Shown: positions 10,660 through 20,987 of the stretch, piece by piece
Position numbering within the stretch: the stretch's first letter is position 1
How the letters are laid out: each line of letters starts with the position of its first letter
Origin: Dicyema japonicum
Taxonomy: Eukaryota > Animalia > Dicyemida
Direction of reading: 5' to 3'
DNA: 64,000 nt
Assembly (NCBI GenBank): GCA_011109175.1
Contig: RDEW01000002.1
Coordinates: forward strand, 934,676 to 998,675
The notes under the pieces: generated by a model
What the model was told of the DNA's origin: nothing
The model's database searches: none
What the model saw: only the letters and a program-made list of their open reading frames with translations
Translations under genes and position numbers: made by a program

Positions 10660-11307
10660 CCTCCAAAGACAGAAGCATTTAATCAGCGACTCAGTACGCT
10701 CAACAAATGGGTCGATAAAGTCAATAAGGCTTTTATCGATATTCCCTTGCATAAGTTGAACAGTGAAATCATACGAGATTTGTTTGAGAGTATTCGAGAT
10801 AATCTATCTTTACTACGCTTGCCGAATATATGGGGACATAATTATGTCAATACACTTTTGAAAGAATTTCTGATCCCAAAAATATTTTTAATATCTTGTC
10901 GTCATTGTCTTCTGCAGCTAACTTTTCGATTATCTGTCAGATAATTGAAGATGTTCTAGTAATTTTGCGATAGATCGCGAAGACGCTGTTGATACATTCA
11001 GAGATTGCATTTCGAAGATAATTTATGTGGAATCAGGAAGCACTAGAATCAAAATTAATTGTCAATCAAATGCCTTCTATCACAAAGTGGAAAAACAACA
11101 TATTTCTGCATGTATACAACTATTTGAAAAGTGTCCTTCTGAGCATTATTTGTTGAGAGAACTTTATCTTTATTGTAAAAATTAATTTTTTGTAGATAAA
11201 ATTATCATAAAGTCAAAAAAATCAAAATTTTTAATTTTTTAAGTCAATAAATTCAATTTTTTAGGTTAAAATTTCAGATTTATAAAGTCAAAATAAAAAT
11301 CGCCCTA
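10660..11307 (+). mobile_element. Internally deleted hAT-like (CGGBP1-like) transposon
   Basis: KAFIDIPLHKLNSEIIRDLFE motif, followed by the same 3' end as 4900-5365. Confidence 0.55.
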
Positions 11308-11489
11308 ATGATGAGACACCTTCTCGGTTGATAACCTTCAGCAAACAAGTCAACAACGTCATTTTCTCCTCCCACCGAAAAACTGCTCCCGGAGTTTGAA
11401 TCGATTTGAAAAAGTTCGTTCTTGAATATGTGTCAACACAAGTTGTGTCCCAGACCAAAGATCTTCCGGATGTGTAAGGGAATAGGTGT

Positions 11490-12540
11490 TTTGCTCCAAG
11501 CCATTCTTCAAAAGTGTTCAAGTTGTTCTGAACATCTTCCGTTCTTTCGTTAACGTCAATGTCTTTAGAGGCAACAATCATGTCATCTGCATACAATAGT
11601 AGAAGTGTCTTGGAATTGATTGGAATGTCGCTTAGGTGTAAGTTGAATAAGGTGGGTGATAAATCGCACCTTGGGGAACTCCATTTGGAAGGAGTCTGTA
11701 TTGAGATAGACATGACATAATTTTAGCTCGACCAATTCTTCCAGAGAGGAAATTTGTTATCCAATTCTGAAGACGTAAAGGAATTCGACATGCAAGAATT
11801 TTGTTACTTAACAAGCGCCTTGGTTATGTCAATCGATGCAAGGATAGTCCGTTTGTGAGGATTATAATTGTTGAAACCATCAGCGATATATAGAGTTAGG
11901 GTAGAGAGATGTGTTAATGTTGAGTATTCTTGACGAAAGTCATGATGAAAATCAGGGAAGTGAAGATACTTCGATGTTAGATCAGTACAACACGTTTAAC
12001 AATTTTCGATACTACAGATAGTAGTGAAATTGGTCTGAAAGATCTTATATCGAAAGGTTTTTTTTTGGATTATTTTTGATTTTTTTATAATGCAGAAATT
12101 CTGTAGGTGTTGATGGACACAGAAATTATGTCTGCTATTGCTTTGAGTCCTTGCATACCCAGGTGCTTTAAATGCAGAATGCCGATTCTATCAAGCCTTT
12201 TGGCAGGAGAGTTTTTGGGTTTTTGATGAGTTTTTAGACATCAGAAGTACTGATTTCAATCGGTTTTGTTTGAGGAGTTTGAACGTTTTTCAATTTGCAT
12301 GGACTGGAGCATTTGTTCATTGTGTGTAGTGGTCCATTATGACATCTGCCTGATGAATGAAATCACGTGGTGTTTGATTCTTGTCAATACTGGTGGCGTG
12401 GGTTCTTCCTGATGAGTGAAATCACGCGGTCTTTACTCTCCATTCTATTTTGTTTCGACTGAATTCAACGTAAAGTAGCCTAAAAATCCTGAGTTTTGTT
12501 CGGTGCTTAATTTTTTATGGATTCTTTAATGTTCCACCAG
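11490..12540 (-). mobile_element. Degenerate LINE RT fragment (partial second copy at ~17860-18350)
   Basis: FRPISLLSVVSK, IDITKA, NGVPQG, LSPTLFNLHLSDIP, YADD across frameshifts. Confidence 0.85.
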
Positions 12541-12549
12541 GACAATTAA

Positions 12550-13060
12550 CATACTTATCTTCGCCAACATGAGTTTCGTCAATCATTAAAACAAATTGTT
12601 CACTTGAAATTCTGTTAATAAACTGTGAAATCATCCTTTCAGCAAGAAATGTAACAATTTCTCTCATTTGACTTCCGAAGGAACAGAATGTCCATATTTA
12701 TTTTTAAAAAATCAATAATTGCGGAATATCGCTTGTTGTGAAGTGGAATAATTGCTGATAAAATGCATTTGCAAGATCCACAGCAAACAATCAATAGTAA
12801 CCTCATTTTTAATATGAGTATCCAAAGTATTATTCGTAAATGGGATTCTCAGAATATGCATTTTGGAATTTCCGGTGTTTTTCAATAAACCATTGCTTGT
12901 TAGCGGTTTCGTAAGAATTGCATAATTTGTCAGAATAGTTTTCCATCCAATGAAGAAAACTCTTTAGGATATTTATTAACAATAGAAGAATTCGCTTAGA
13001 GTTGGAAGTTTTGTTTTTAGGCATTTTAGAAAAACAGTCAACAAGAACCGAAGACACGTG
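12550..13060 (-). mobile_element. hAT-like (CGGBP1-like) transposase remnant
   Basis: Degenerate AF.SAIIPL...FLKNKYGHSVPSESQMR...FVLMIDETH, where IDET is the first catalytic-D motif. Confidence 0.55.
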
Positions 13061-13929
13061 CTGTTTATTAATTTAACACCCAAGACCACGGTAAAACCAA
13101 ACTAACTATCACGTGATCCCTATGAGTTCCACCAAAATCCTCATCCATTCCCGGTGATCCTCACTCGTGTCCACAAAAGCTTTTACAGAGCGGCTAGTTG
13201 TATTTGCAAAGCCACCTTCCTGCCGGAGATTAGTTTTATGATGGCCTTCAGAGTAGTTAATCCGGTTCTGTATTTCCCATAAGTCCACCGCTCCGTGACT
13301 CTGGAAACCTTCTTTTGTTTGTCCTCAATTTTCTTAGTATTCGTCCATGATAATGAAGGTGCTCACAAATCACACGCGTACGAGAAGCGGTTTGAAATTA
13401 TATCAATATTAAATTGAGCCTTAACGTCTTCTTTTATCAATCTTCCGTCTTTTTCAACATTCTCAGGAAACAAAAAAGAAGATAAGTTGTCGTCTGTCAT
13501 CGTTTCTTCTGAACAGCTAAAGTCACTAGATATGAAATTAAAAATTTCAAAGTCCTCTATAAAACCAAATTAATTAATTGTGGGATCCTCACATATTGCG
13601 GCAGCAGTAGACGTGAGGTGAATCGTCTTCTTGTGGAGACAAGTGAATGGTTCTTTTTCAATTCACGACCAATAGCGTAGTAAATTTAAAGTAGAAATAT
13701 TTTTATATTTTTTCTCACTTTCAATCCCTCCGTTGGAAAAATAGTTTTTGTACATGCTGAATACATTTTCATTTAAACGAGATATGCGAGTAAGAGGTTA
13801 ATAAGAAAATGAGGTTTGTATTTCATTCAATGTCCGAATAATGATAAATCCAAGATCTCCCTTCGGTACTTCATAATGGTTAGTTTCACTTCTTTTGTAG
13901 AAATAATCTCCCAATTTTTAAATTAATTT

Positions 13930-14226
13930 ATTATACACCGAAAAGAGGTAAACAACGAATTAAGTGTATCCAGTTTCCAAGACACAGAAACAAAGTCCTT
14001 CAACATAAGTCCACCCAGAACTAGCATAAAAGTTAAAAGACATCTAGTCCTTGCAGTTGTCGAAACCCCTCCAGTGGAGTGGGGAGAGCAAATAATCCTT
14101 TTTCGTGCCAGCCTGGCACTGGGCACCACCTGAGAAGTGGTTCACATGACGCCACTCTAGTAGGCAGGGGAAGATAATCAGACAAAACAGACAGGAAACT
14201 TCAACCAATTTGCCACGTAGCACCAC
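13930..14226 (-). mobile_element. SINE family A, copy 2
   Basis: Colinear with 2961-3273. Confidence 0.75.
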
Positions 14227-14375
14227 ATTATTATTATTATTAACCCCAGCACAACAGTCATAACTATGAATTACACAAGAATTGACCTTCGCATAAAAAC
14301 TCCATCTTTCGAATTCGAATCACGACCTTCAGATCCGATGTCATCAAACGTTAAGTTTAGCCAGAAGGTCACGTA
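14227..14375 (-). mobile_element. Short tRNA-head SINE-like element
   Basis: A-box-like TGGCTAAACTT, B-box-like GATTCGAATTC, tail GGGGTT(AAT)n. Confidence 0.4.
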
Positions 14376-14508
14376 TCACCAGATGGCGTTATGTTAATTG
14401 TCGGGAAACCCTATTTTAAAAAAAAATAAATAATCAACATTTAAAATCATATAATAAATAAAATTATTCCAAAGACCACATAAATAAATTAACGCAGATA
14501 CACGTGAA

Positions 14509-15455
14509 ATGAATAAAATAATAAAAAGGTTTAATCACAAAAGTCTAGAGCTTTCATATTCTCATTATAAACCATCTTTGCCACAGAAATACCCCAATCC
14601 AGTTTACATCCACCATGGATTGTTCAGTAATAGAAATAACTGGGACAATGTGGCCCACATTTTGGCTAATTCAGGATTTGAGGTATTCTCATAACCAAAT
14701 TCACAGGTTTTGACATTCGATTCAAGAAATCACGGGGATAGTCCCGACAGTGACTACATGGATTATCCTATCATGGCCAGAGACATCGAAAAAACCCGCC
14801 AAAAGTTGGGGCACCACAAAGTATCACTAGTGGGTCACAGCATGGGTGGATTCACTTCCATGATCTACGCCTTAGAACATGTATAGTATGAGGATGTACA
14901 GTAGAGAAACATTGTCGACAAACTAATAGTCCTGGATGTGTGTCCATTCGGGATGAGAGGAGTCGTCGAAGTCATCGAGTTTGTCAACGCCTTGGGATTC
15001 ATAAACTTTCCATTTGTAGCTAAAAACGCGGATTTCAAGGAAATTGCTTCAAAATCTGTAAAATTGAGGTGACAAAGTTCCAGTAATTTTGGCTGAAAAA
15101 TTAGGCGAAACTTTTGGAGAATTTTTTAAAAAAGAAAATAATCGAGAAAAATGGATTTTGCTATTTAAACAGTAATTTCGACTCAATAATGAAAAATAAG
15201 TATAATTTGGGGATCAGTTTGAAGAAGACTGTCACCGTGGAGGGATTATTTCCTAACGAAGCATTGTTTTTGGGTGGAGAATTGTCGCCTTTTATGAAGT
15301 TTGGGTTTATTTATTTCAGAGGTAAGAGTCTCGATCATCTCAATGTTCACTTTCCACGTAAGAGGGTTAGTTACTTGCCTGATTCAAATCATTCACTGCA
15401 TGTGGATCAGCCTGAGCTCCTAGTTAAGGAAATTATTTCTTTTCTATCAGACTAA
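14509..15455 (+). CDS. ABHD11: ABHD11 alpha/beta hydrolase copy 2 (2-nt deletion near 15068 is real or an assembly error)
   Basis: HHGLFSNRNNW, DSRNHGDSP, LVGHSMGG, KLIVLDVCP, ALFLGGELS, HSLHVDQPE match the ABHD11 family; introns of 24, 24, 22 and 21 nt restore the frame. Confidence 0.85.
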
Positions 15456-16499
15456 ATTAAATTAGTATTTTCGATAGATAGTTTTATAAAGATTATTTTT
15501 AAATCGTATTAAAAAATAAATTTATTTAAAAAAAGCATCAAGACCAAATCACACTCCACGTGCCAACTGACAGTCGATATTGTCGCGTTGTGAAAACCAT
15601 CTCCGGGGATCTCATATCCCTGAAAGAGACAGTTAAGTGAGACGCATCCTTTCCAAGCATTATGGCTGTCAGATGATCCCAGCCTTTAGGGTGTTCCTCT
15701 CGAGAGCCGATGCACTTCTTGTATGGATGATCCTTTTTCGGAAATTTGGAGGTTTCAAATGGGTTTCCTTTCTCCTTATAAGTTCCTCGAATCTAGTTGG
15801 CATTAGTGGCTAGGAGAACCTTTGTAGGGCCCCTGTGACTATTTCTTGGAAGGAATTGATTTTCTTTAGGATGGTATATGATAGGTTAGTGCCTCGATGC
15901 CGCACAGCAGTAGCTGATTGTCGGTTGTATGTATCGCGCATTAAGGTGGCTTAATGTTTAGTGGAAACAGCTTTTGTAGTATCCAAGTAGATCTTTTACA
16001 AAATTTAGTTTTCGTCGGGAGGAAAAAATGACGTTCCTGAAGTGTTTTCTGAAGATCATCAACCGATAAAGTGTTTCATAACGTGAACCTTGAAGGTTTG
16101 TATGTCTCTTATTGTCATCTATCCATTAGTCTGGGGTTATATGATCCAGGAGACGTCCAGTTATAAAAAAACACAACCCTCCCGACAATGAGTAGCTATT
16201 GTTTCCTACATGTGAATCGAGGTCTACAAGACTTTGTTAACCACATCATTGGTCCCTACTTGGGAAAGACATAAGGGTAAAGGACCTATTGTGGAAGAAC
16301 TAACTCGAGAAGGAACTACTAGCTTTAGAATTAATTGGTTCTGGACACACGGGCGTTTAATAATGAAGGATATGGGGAACGTGCAGACTGTCCAGGCCAT
16401 TATGGCGAGGACTAAGATAAAAGCCTCTAGTTAACTCCTATTTACAGTTATGATTATGGTTTTAATAATAGTAACAGCATATTGTCAAATATTATATTT

Positions 16500-17470
16500 T
16501 ATTTTTAAATCTCTTCTTGTTATCCTCAAATTCCCTTAATGCTATTCTATAAGCAATCACCCTTTCTTGCTCTTCAAACCTCTTTAGCAATTCAAAAGCT
16601 TGAGTGTGACTAAAAGTAACTAGCATGTTAGACAATTTAAACTTTTATTATCAGTGAAGTTGCATACAACCATTCCTCTTGATTTAACTGATATGACAGA
16701 TTCCACTGAAGTGTTGGATTGTCCAAATGTGTGGTAAATTGAATTATAATAATAATTTGCTGGAATATGATGTCTCATGTTTGGGCTAGTCCGAGAGTCA
16801 AAATGAGAATCATCACTTGAGTATTTGTTGTAGTGAGCATTAGAATAAGGTAGATTACAGTTTTCTTCATTTGGGTTATTTATTTTGGCATTTTTATTGA
16901 GATGATCACTTTCTGGGAGTAATTGACTACTTTGGGGTTTCTGATTGTCCACATGGATTTCGCATCTTTGATTGCATCTGTCGGTTGCTTTATTGGCATT
17001 ATCCGCTTCAGAAGTTCGATTCTGGTCATCTAAATTGCTCACACGTCCTTCACATCGCGGATCACTCACGTCGACACGTGTTTTGGAATTAAAATTGTAT
17101 ATCTTATCCTGCTTGATATTCACGTGTGCTGATTTTCCATTGAAGGCGGTTGTTCGCGAATTACCACTCTGGTGATTACTGTCGAGGATGTTGTGGGTTA
17201 AATCGAATACATAATCGAGAGGATCACTTCTTTGGTTACCCCCAGTGTCTGAACTGAAATGCTGATTGTCAGTAATAAAGCCTTCCATATAATATTCCAG
17301 AACTTTATGCGATACAATGTATTTATACTAATTGAGATATTTGATCCTTAAATTAACCAGGTCTAGTATCTTCCATCAAAGCCAACCAATAGGCCCGTCC
17401 ACCCTCTGATGAATTGCCCCATATTCGGAAACATGCACAAGGCAAATTTGCTAAATATTCAAGACAAGTG
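16500..17470 (-). CDS. Probable multi-exon orphan gene with a 222-aa low-complexity N/D/S-rich exon (16620-17288)
   Basis: Long stop-free ORF in AT-rich DNA with plausible flanking exons (ELLKRFEEQERVIAYRIALREFEDNKKRF); no recognised domain. Confidence 0.4.
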
Positions 17471-17586
17471 GACCATTGAATTTAAATATTATAACTATGA
17501 ACAATAAATATTCTTCAATTATTATTTTACGTATTTAATTACGATTGTTTCCTACGGGGAATCGGATCATTGATAACAAATAGGAG

Positions 17587-17800
17587 GAGCCGGATGGCAT
17601 AGTGGTTAGGTGTCGGGCTTAAGTGGCTTAAGCTACGGGTTCGAATCTCGCTGCTGTTCACCTGGTGGAAGGTTCCACGCATCTACGATGCAGAAAGGGT
17701 TTGACGAGTGACCCCGTCATCATTGGATACTCACTGCGGAACTGGATTGTCTAGAAAGGACACTCACACAAGAAAAAAAGAAGTGAAGATCATTCCTTGG
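17587..17800 (+). mobile_element. tRNA-derived SINE (degenerate second copy at ~58188-58330)
   Basis: A box TGGCATAGTGG (17595-17605), B box GGTTCGAATC (17638-17647); the downstream body is shared with the 58.2-kb copy. Confidence 0.7.
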
Positions 17801-18479
17801 TTCTACGATTAGTTAAAATTAACTGTTATTTACTTAAATAAAGTGTGTGTCCTGCCTATGCGGAGCTATAAATACTATGGCTCTCGTGAAAAGGCTTAAA
17901 AATAGGAGGATTGGGATTATTTTGGATTTTTTCCATAGTGCAGAAATTCTGCAGGTGTTGATGGACACAGAAATTATGTCTATTATTGCTTTGAGTCCTT
18001 GCGTTCCCATGTGCTTTAAATGCAGAATGCAGATTCCATCAAGCCTTTTGGCAAGAGAGTTTTTGACGTTTTTGATGAGTTTTTCGACATCCGATGTACT
18101 GATTTCAATCAGTTTCCTTGAGGAGTTTGAACGTTTTTAAATTTGCATGGACGAGAGCATTTGTTCATATCTATGTGACTCACTTTTGCGTAGTGGTCCA
18201 TTATGACATCTGCCTGATGAGTGAAGTCACGTGGTGTTTGATTCTTGTCAATACTGGTGGCGTGGTTGTCTCCATTCTATTTTGTCTCGACTGAATTCCA
18301 CGTAAAGTGCCCCAAAAATCCTTTAGTTTTGTTCGGTGGTTATTTTTGTGTTCCAACGGTCCAATTTCCTCTTGTTGATTAATTCTGTAATTTCGCTATT
18401 AAGGTAGATAGTTTGGCCGTATAAATTCTTGATTTTTTTACTTAACTAACTAAATAAATACGAGGATGGACACTATGAT

Positions 18480-18715
18480 CAACGAGGACATAAGTAGACA
18501 TTTGGGTGAACCTAGATCGTCTAGGCACCACTCCTCTCTACCGACATACGCACGTAAACTAGATGAGGTAAAAGATATGTTCTTTTGCAACCTCTTTGAG
18601 TCTATCCAATGCCAAGACTGACCGGTTATGGGGGACCGGCATTTGCCACGTCCTACTTAATAGTCGCTGGTCTCCTAGAAGTTAGTGAGGCCGGGGTTAC
18701 TTAACTAGCAAATCA
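18480..18715 (+). repeat. Dispersed repeat family D (also ~37330-37479 + 39226-39330, and ~57000-57265)
   Basis: Shared CCGACATACG..TAAACT.GATGA.GTAAAAGAT and AAGTTAGTGAGG.CGGGGTTACTTAACT. Confidence 0.7.
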
Positions 18716-19773
18716 GAAAAAACCGTGTATTTAATAATTTGAAAGTCTACCATAAAAGATATATTACGATAACGCTCCACAATGCCAAATATAACAATTT
18801 TTATTATTTTTTCAAGATTATCAAATCACTCTTAAGTCTTTGTTTTGTCCTGAGGTTCCTCCTTTTCATGACAACTTTCCGTATATCTGAAATGTATTAA
18901 CAGTTTCGACCATAATCAGGCTGAGTTTATAGCTTGTAATAACAGAATCGGCATTGGCTTGATTATTTTTGTAAAACATGCCTGTTGCTGTGTCAACTTG
19001 GTCTTCTATTCTTTTAGTCTTGTAACACACATTAGGCCCTCGTATTTATCAAGATCGATGGTTAGTTTAATAATGTCTATTTAAGTTCTACTCTTTTGGT
19101 GTGGAAATGCTGTTATTGCAAACTAAATAATACATCTTTGCATTAACCATTGTACAAAGTACTTCTCCCTCCACGATTAGTTATAATACTGTTCTTTACT
19201 TAAATAGTGTGTGTCCTGCATGAACAAAACCCTAGGCATCTTACGTGCTTATGGCAACGCGGTAGTGCTTAATTATTATTATTGACAAAAATATCAGGTT
19301 TGTTGAATTGTATTTTCGTTTCAGTCAAGATTTGACGTATCGACTCTTATCCCAACATTCTGTGTTGATAGAATTGACTGAACTGAACGTCCCTTCAGCT
19401 TTCTAGCATTTTGATTCCATGCAGGTCACATGCTCTACTATTCCCAGATTTCTTAAACTAAGAGAAGTTTCTTACACTAAAAATAATTTATTTACCCCGG
19501 TCCATTCGAGCGAAGGAAACCGGTGGCTAACAAGAAAATTACATCCAAGAGCGGACGATCCCAGAGATCCGACAGGTGTATTTGGTTCTGTGCAGAACTC
19601 TGAGGCGGACTAGAAAAAATGTTATAAATTGTTATTAAATAATAACCAAATCGTATAATTAATTCAAATAATAATATATGTAATTTTAGTAAAATATTTA
19701 AAAATAACACGTTTCTGTGGTAGTTTTAATATTCAAATTAGCGGAATATCCCCATATTTAGATATATACAAGA

Positions 19774-20869
19774 ATGCTAAGAAATTTCAGAATTTTCCCA
19801 TCAAGTATCAGTAATTCCTCTTTTTTGCGGCGAATTGCAATTTCAGTTCCAATTGTATGTGGGATTGGATATGTCTGGCTATCAAATAATTCTACCGGCA
19901 AACATATAAAGGCATAACAATTTTTGTGATATCAGAAAGTGAGGTTTATTGACGACGATTCAAACTTGAAGATTACTCTCTACCAGTACCAGTCATGTCC
20001 GTTCTGTTCGAAAGTCCGGACTTACCTGAACGTCCGCGGAATCTCCTACAATCTTGTTCACGTTGATTTCCTCATGAAAAGCCAAATTAGGTGGTCGAAA
20101 TACAAGAAGGTGCCCTTCATTACAGTTGAGGAGGATGACGAAATTATAGTAAGAGAATGCTAATTTCAGCAAATTAACGAGTCGTCCCAAATTCTGAGTT
20201 GCCTTGAAAGCTATTTGATTCGGAAGAATGAAAAATTATCTGAAATTGTCAAATATTTCCCTCAAATTGAGGAAGACGGTAAAAGTGTGGAATATCCCCA
20301 CAAATACAACATCATCTATGGTGACCAAACCAACTTTGATCCTTCACTTATAAAGTTGTCTTACTAGTTTATTAGACGACAACGAGAATGGAGGGAATGG
20401 GCAGATAACAAGCTACTCCACTCATTTGCACCAAATATTTACCGCACTTACTTGGAAGCCGTTAGGACTATCATGGTTTATGACAGAGTGGCTGACTGGC
20501 CCAGCATGTACAGTTGGCTGCAGAGACAAATTTATATCTACGGAGGCGGCTTGATGTTCTATGTCCTCGGAAAGCTGCTTGCTAGAAAGTAGGGGATTTT
20601 TACAAGTAGGTATCACGTGGATTCAAATGTGAGGCTTTCGCTGTATGATAACGTGAATACCTGGATTGAGGCGATAGCTGGGGACGATTATATTGGGGGA
20701 AGCACGCCTGATCTGGCTGATATTGTTTGTTTCAATGTAATCACTTTAGACTGTCTTTGGCCTCTTCCAAAGCATCGACGGATCTGATGCATTCGGAGAT
20801 TTGTTGGGTAATACTAAGCTGGAACGATGGTATGAAAATATGAAGAATTGTCTTAAAAGTCAACTTTAA
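19774..20869 (+). CDS. PTGES2: Prostaglandin E synthase 2 (glutaredoxin/GST-like), 6 exons
   Basis: TLYQYQSCPFCSKVRTYL (CxxC), WSKYKKVP, REWREWADNKLLH..APNIYRT, GGSTPDLADI.VFG; introns of 24 (GC-AG), 21, 21, 21 and 25 nt give a continuous frame. Confidence 0.95.
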
Positions 20870-20987
20870 TTTATTATTATTTTTAAAATTAATTTGTGTT
20901 TGTTTTTTTAATAAAAATTTTATTTAAAAATCGTTATAAACTCTTAGATAGCAGTTTTTCAGGTGTTAACAATAGTCACTATTTCAG

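Noticed and set aside
17587-17660. Functional tRNA gene
   Set aside because: A and B boxes are present, but I could not build a convincing acceptor stem or cloverleaf, and the flanking body is shared with a dispersed degenerate copy, as expected for a SINE.
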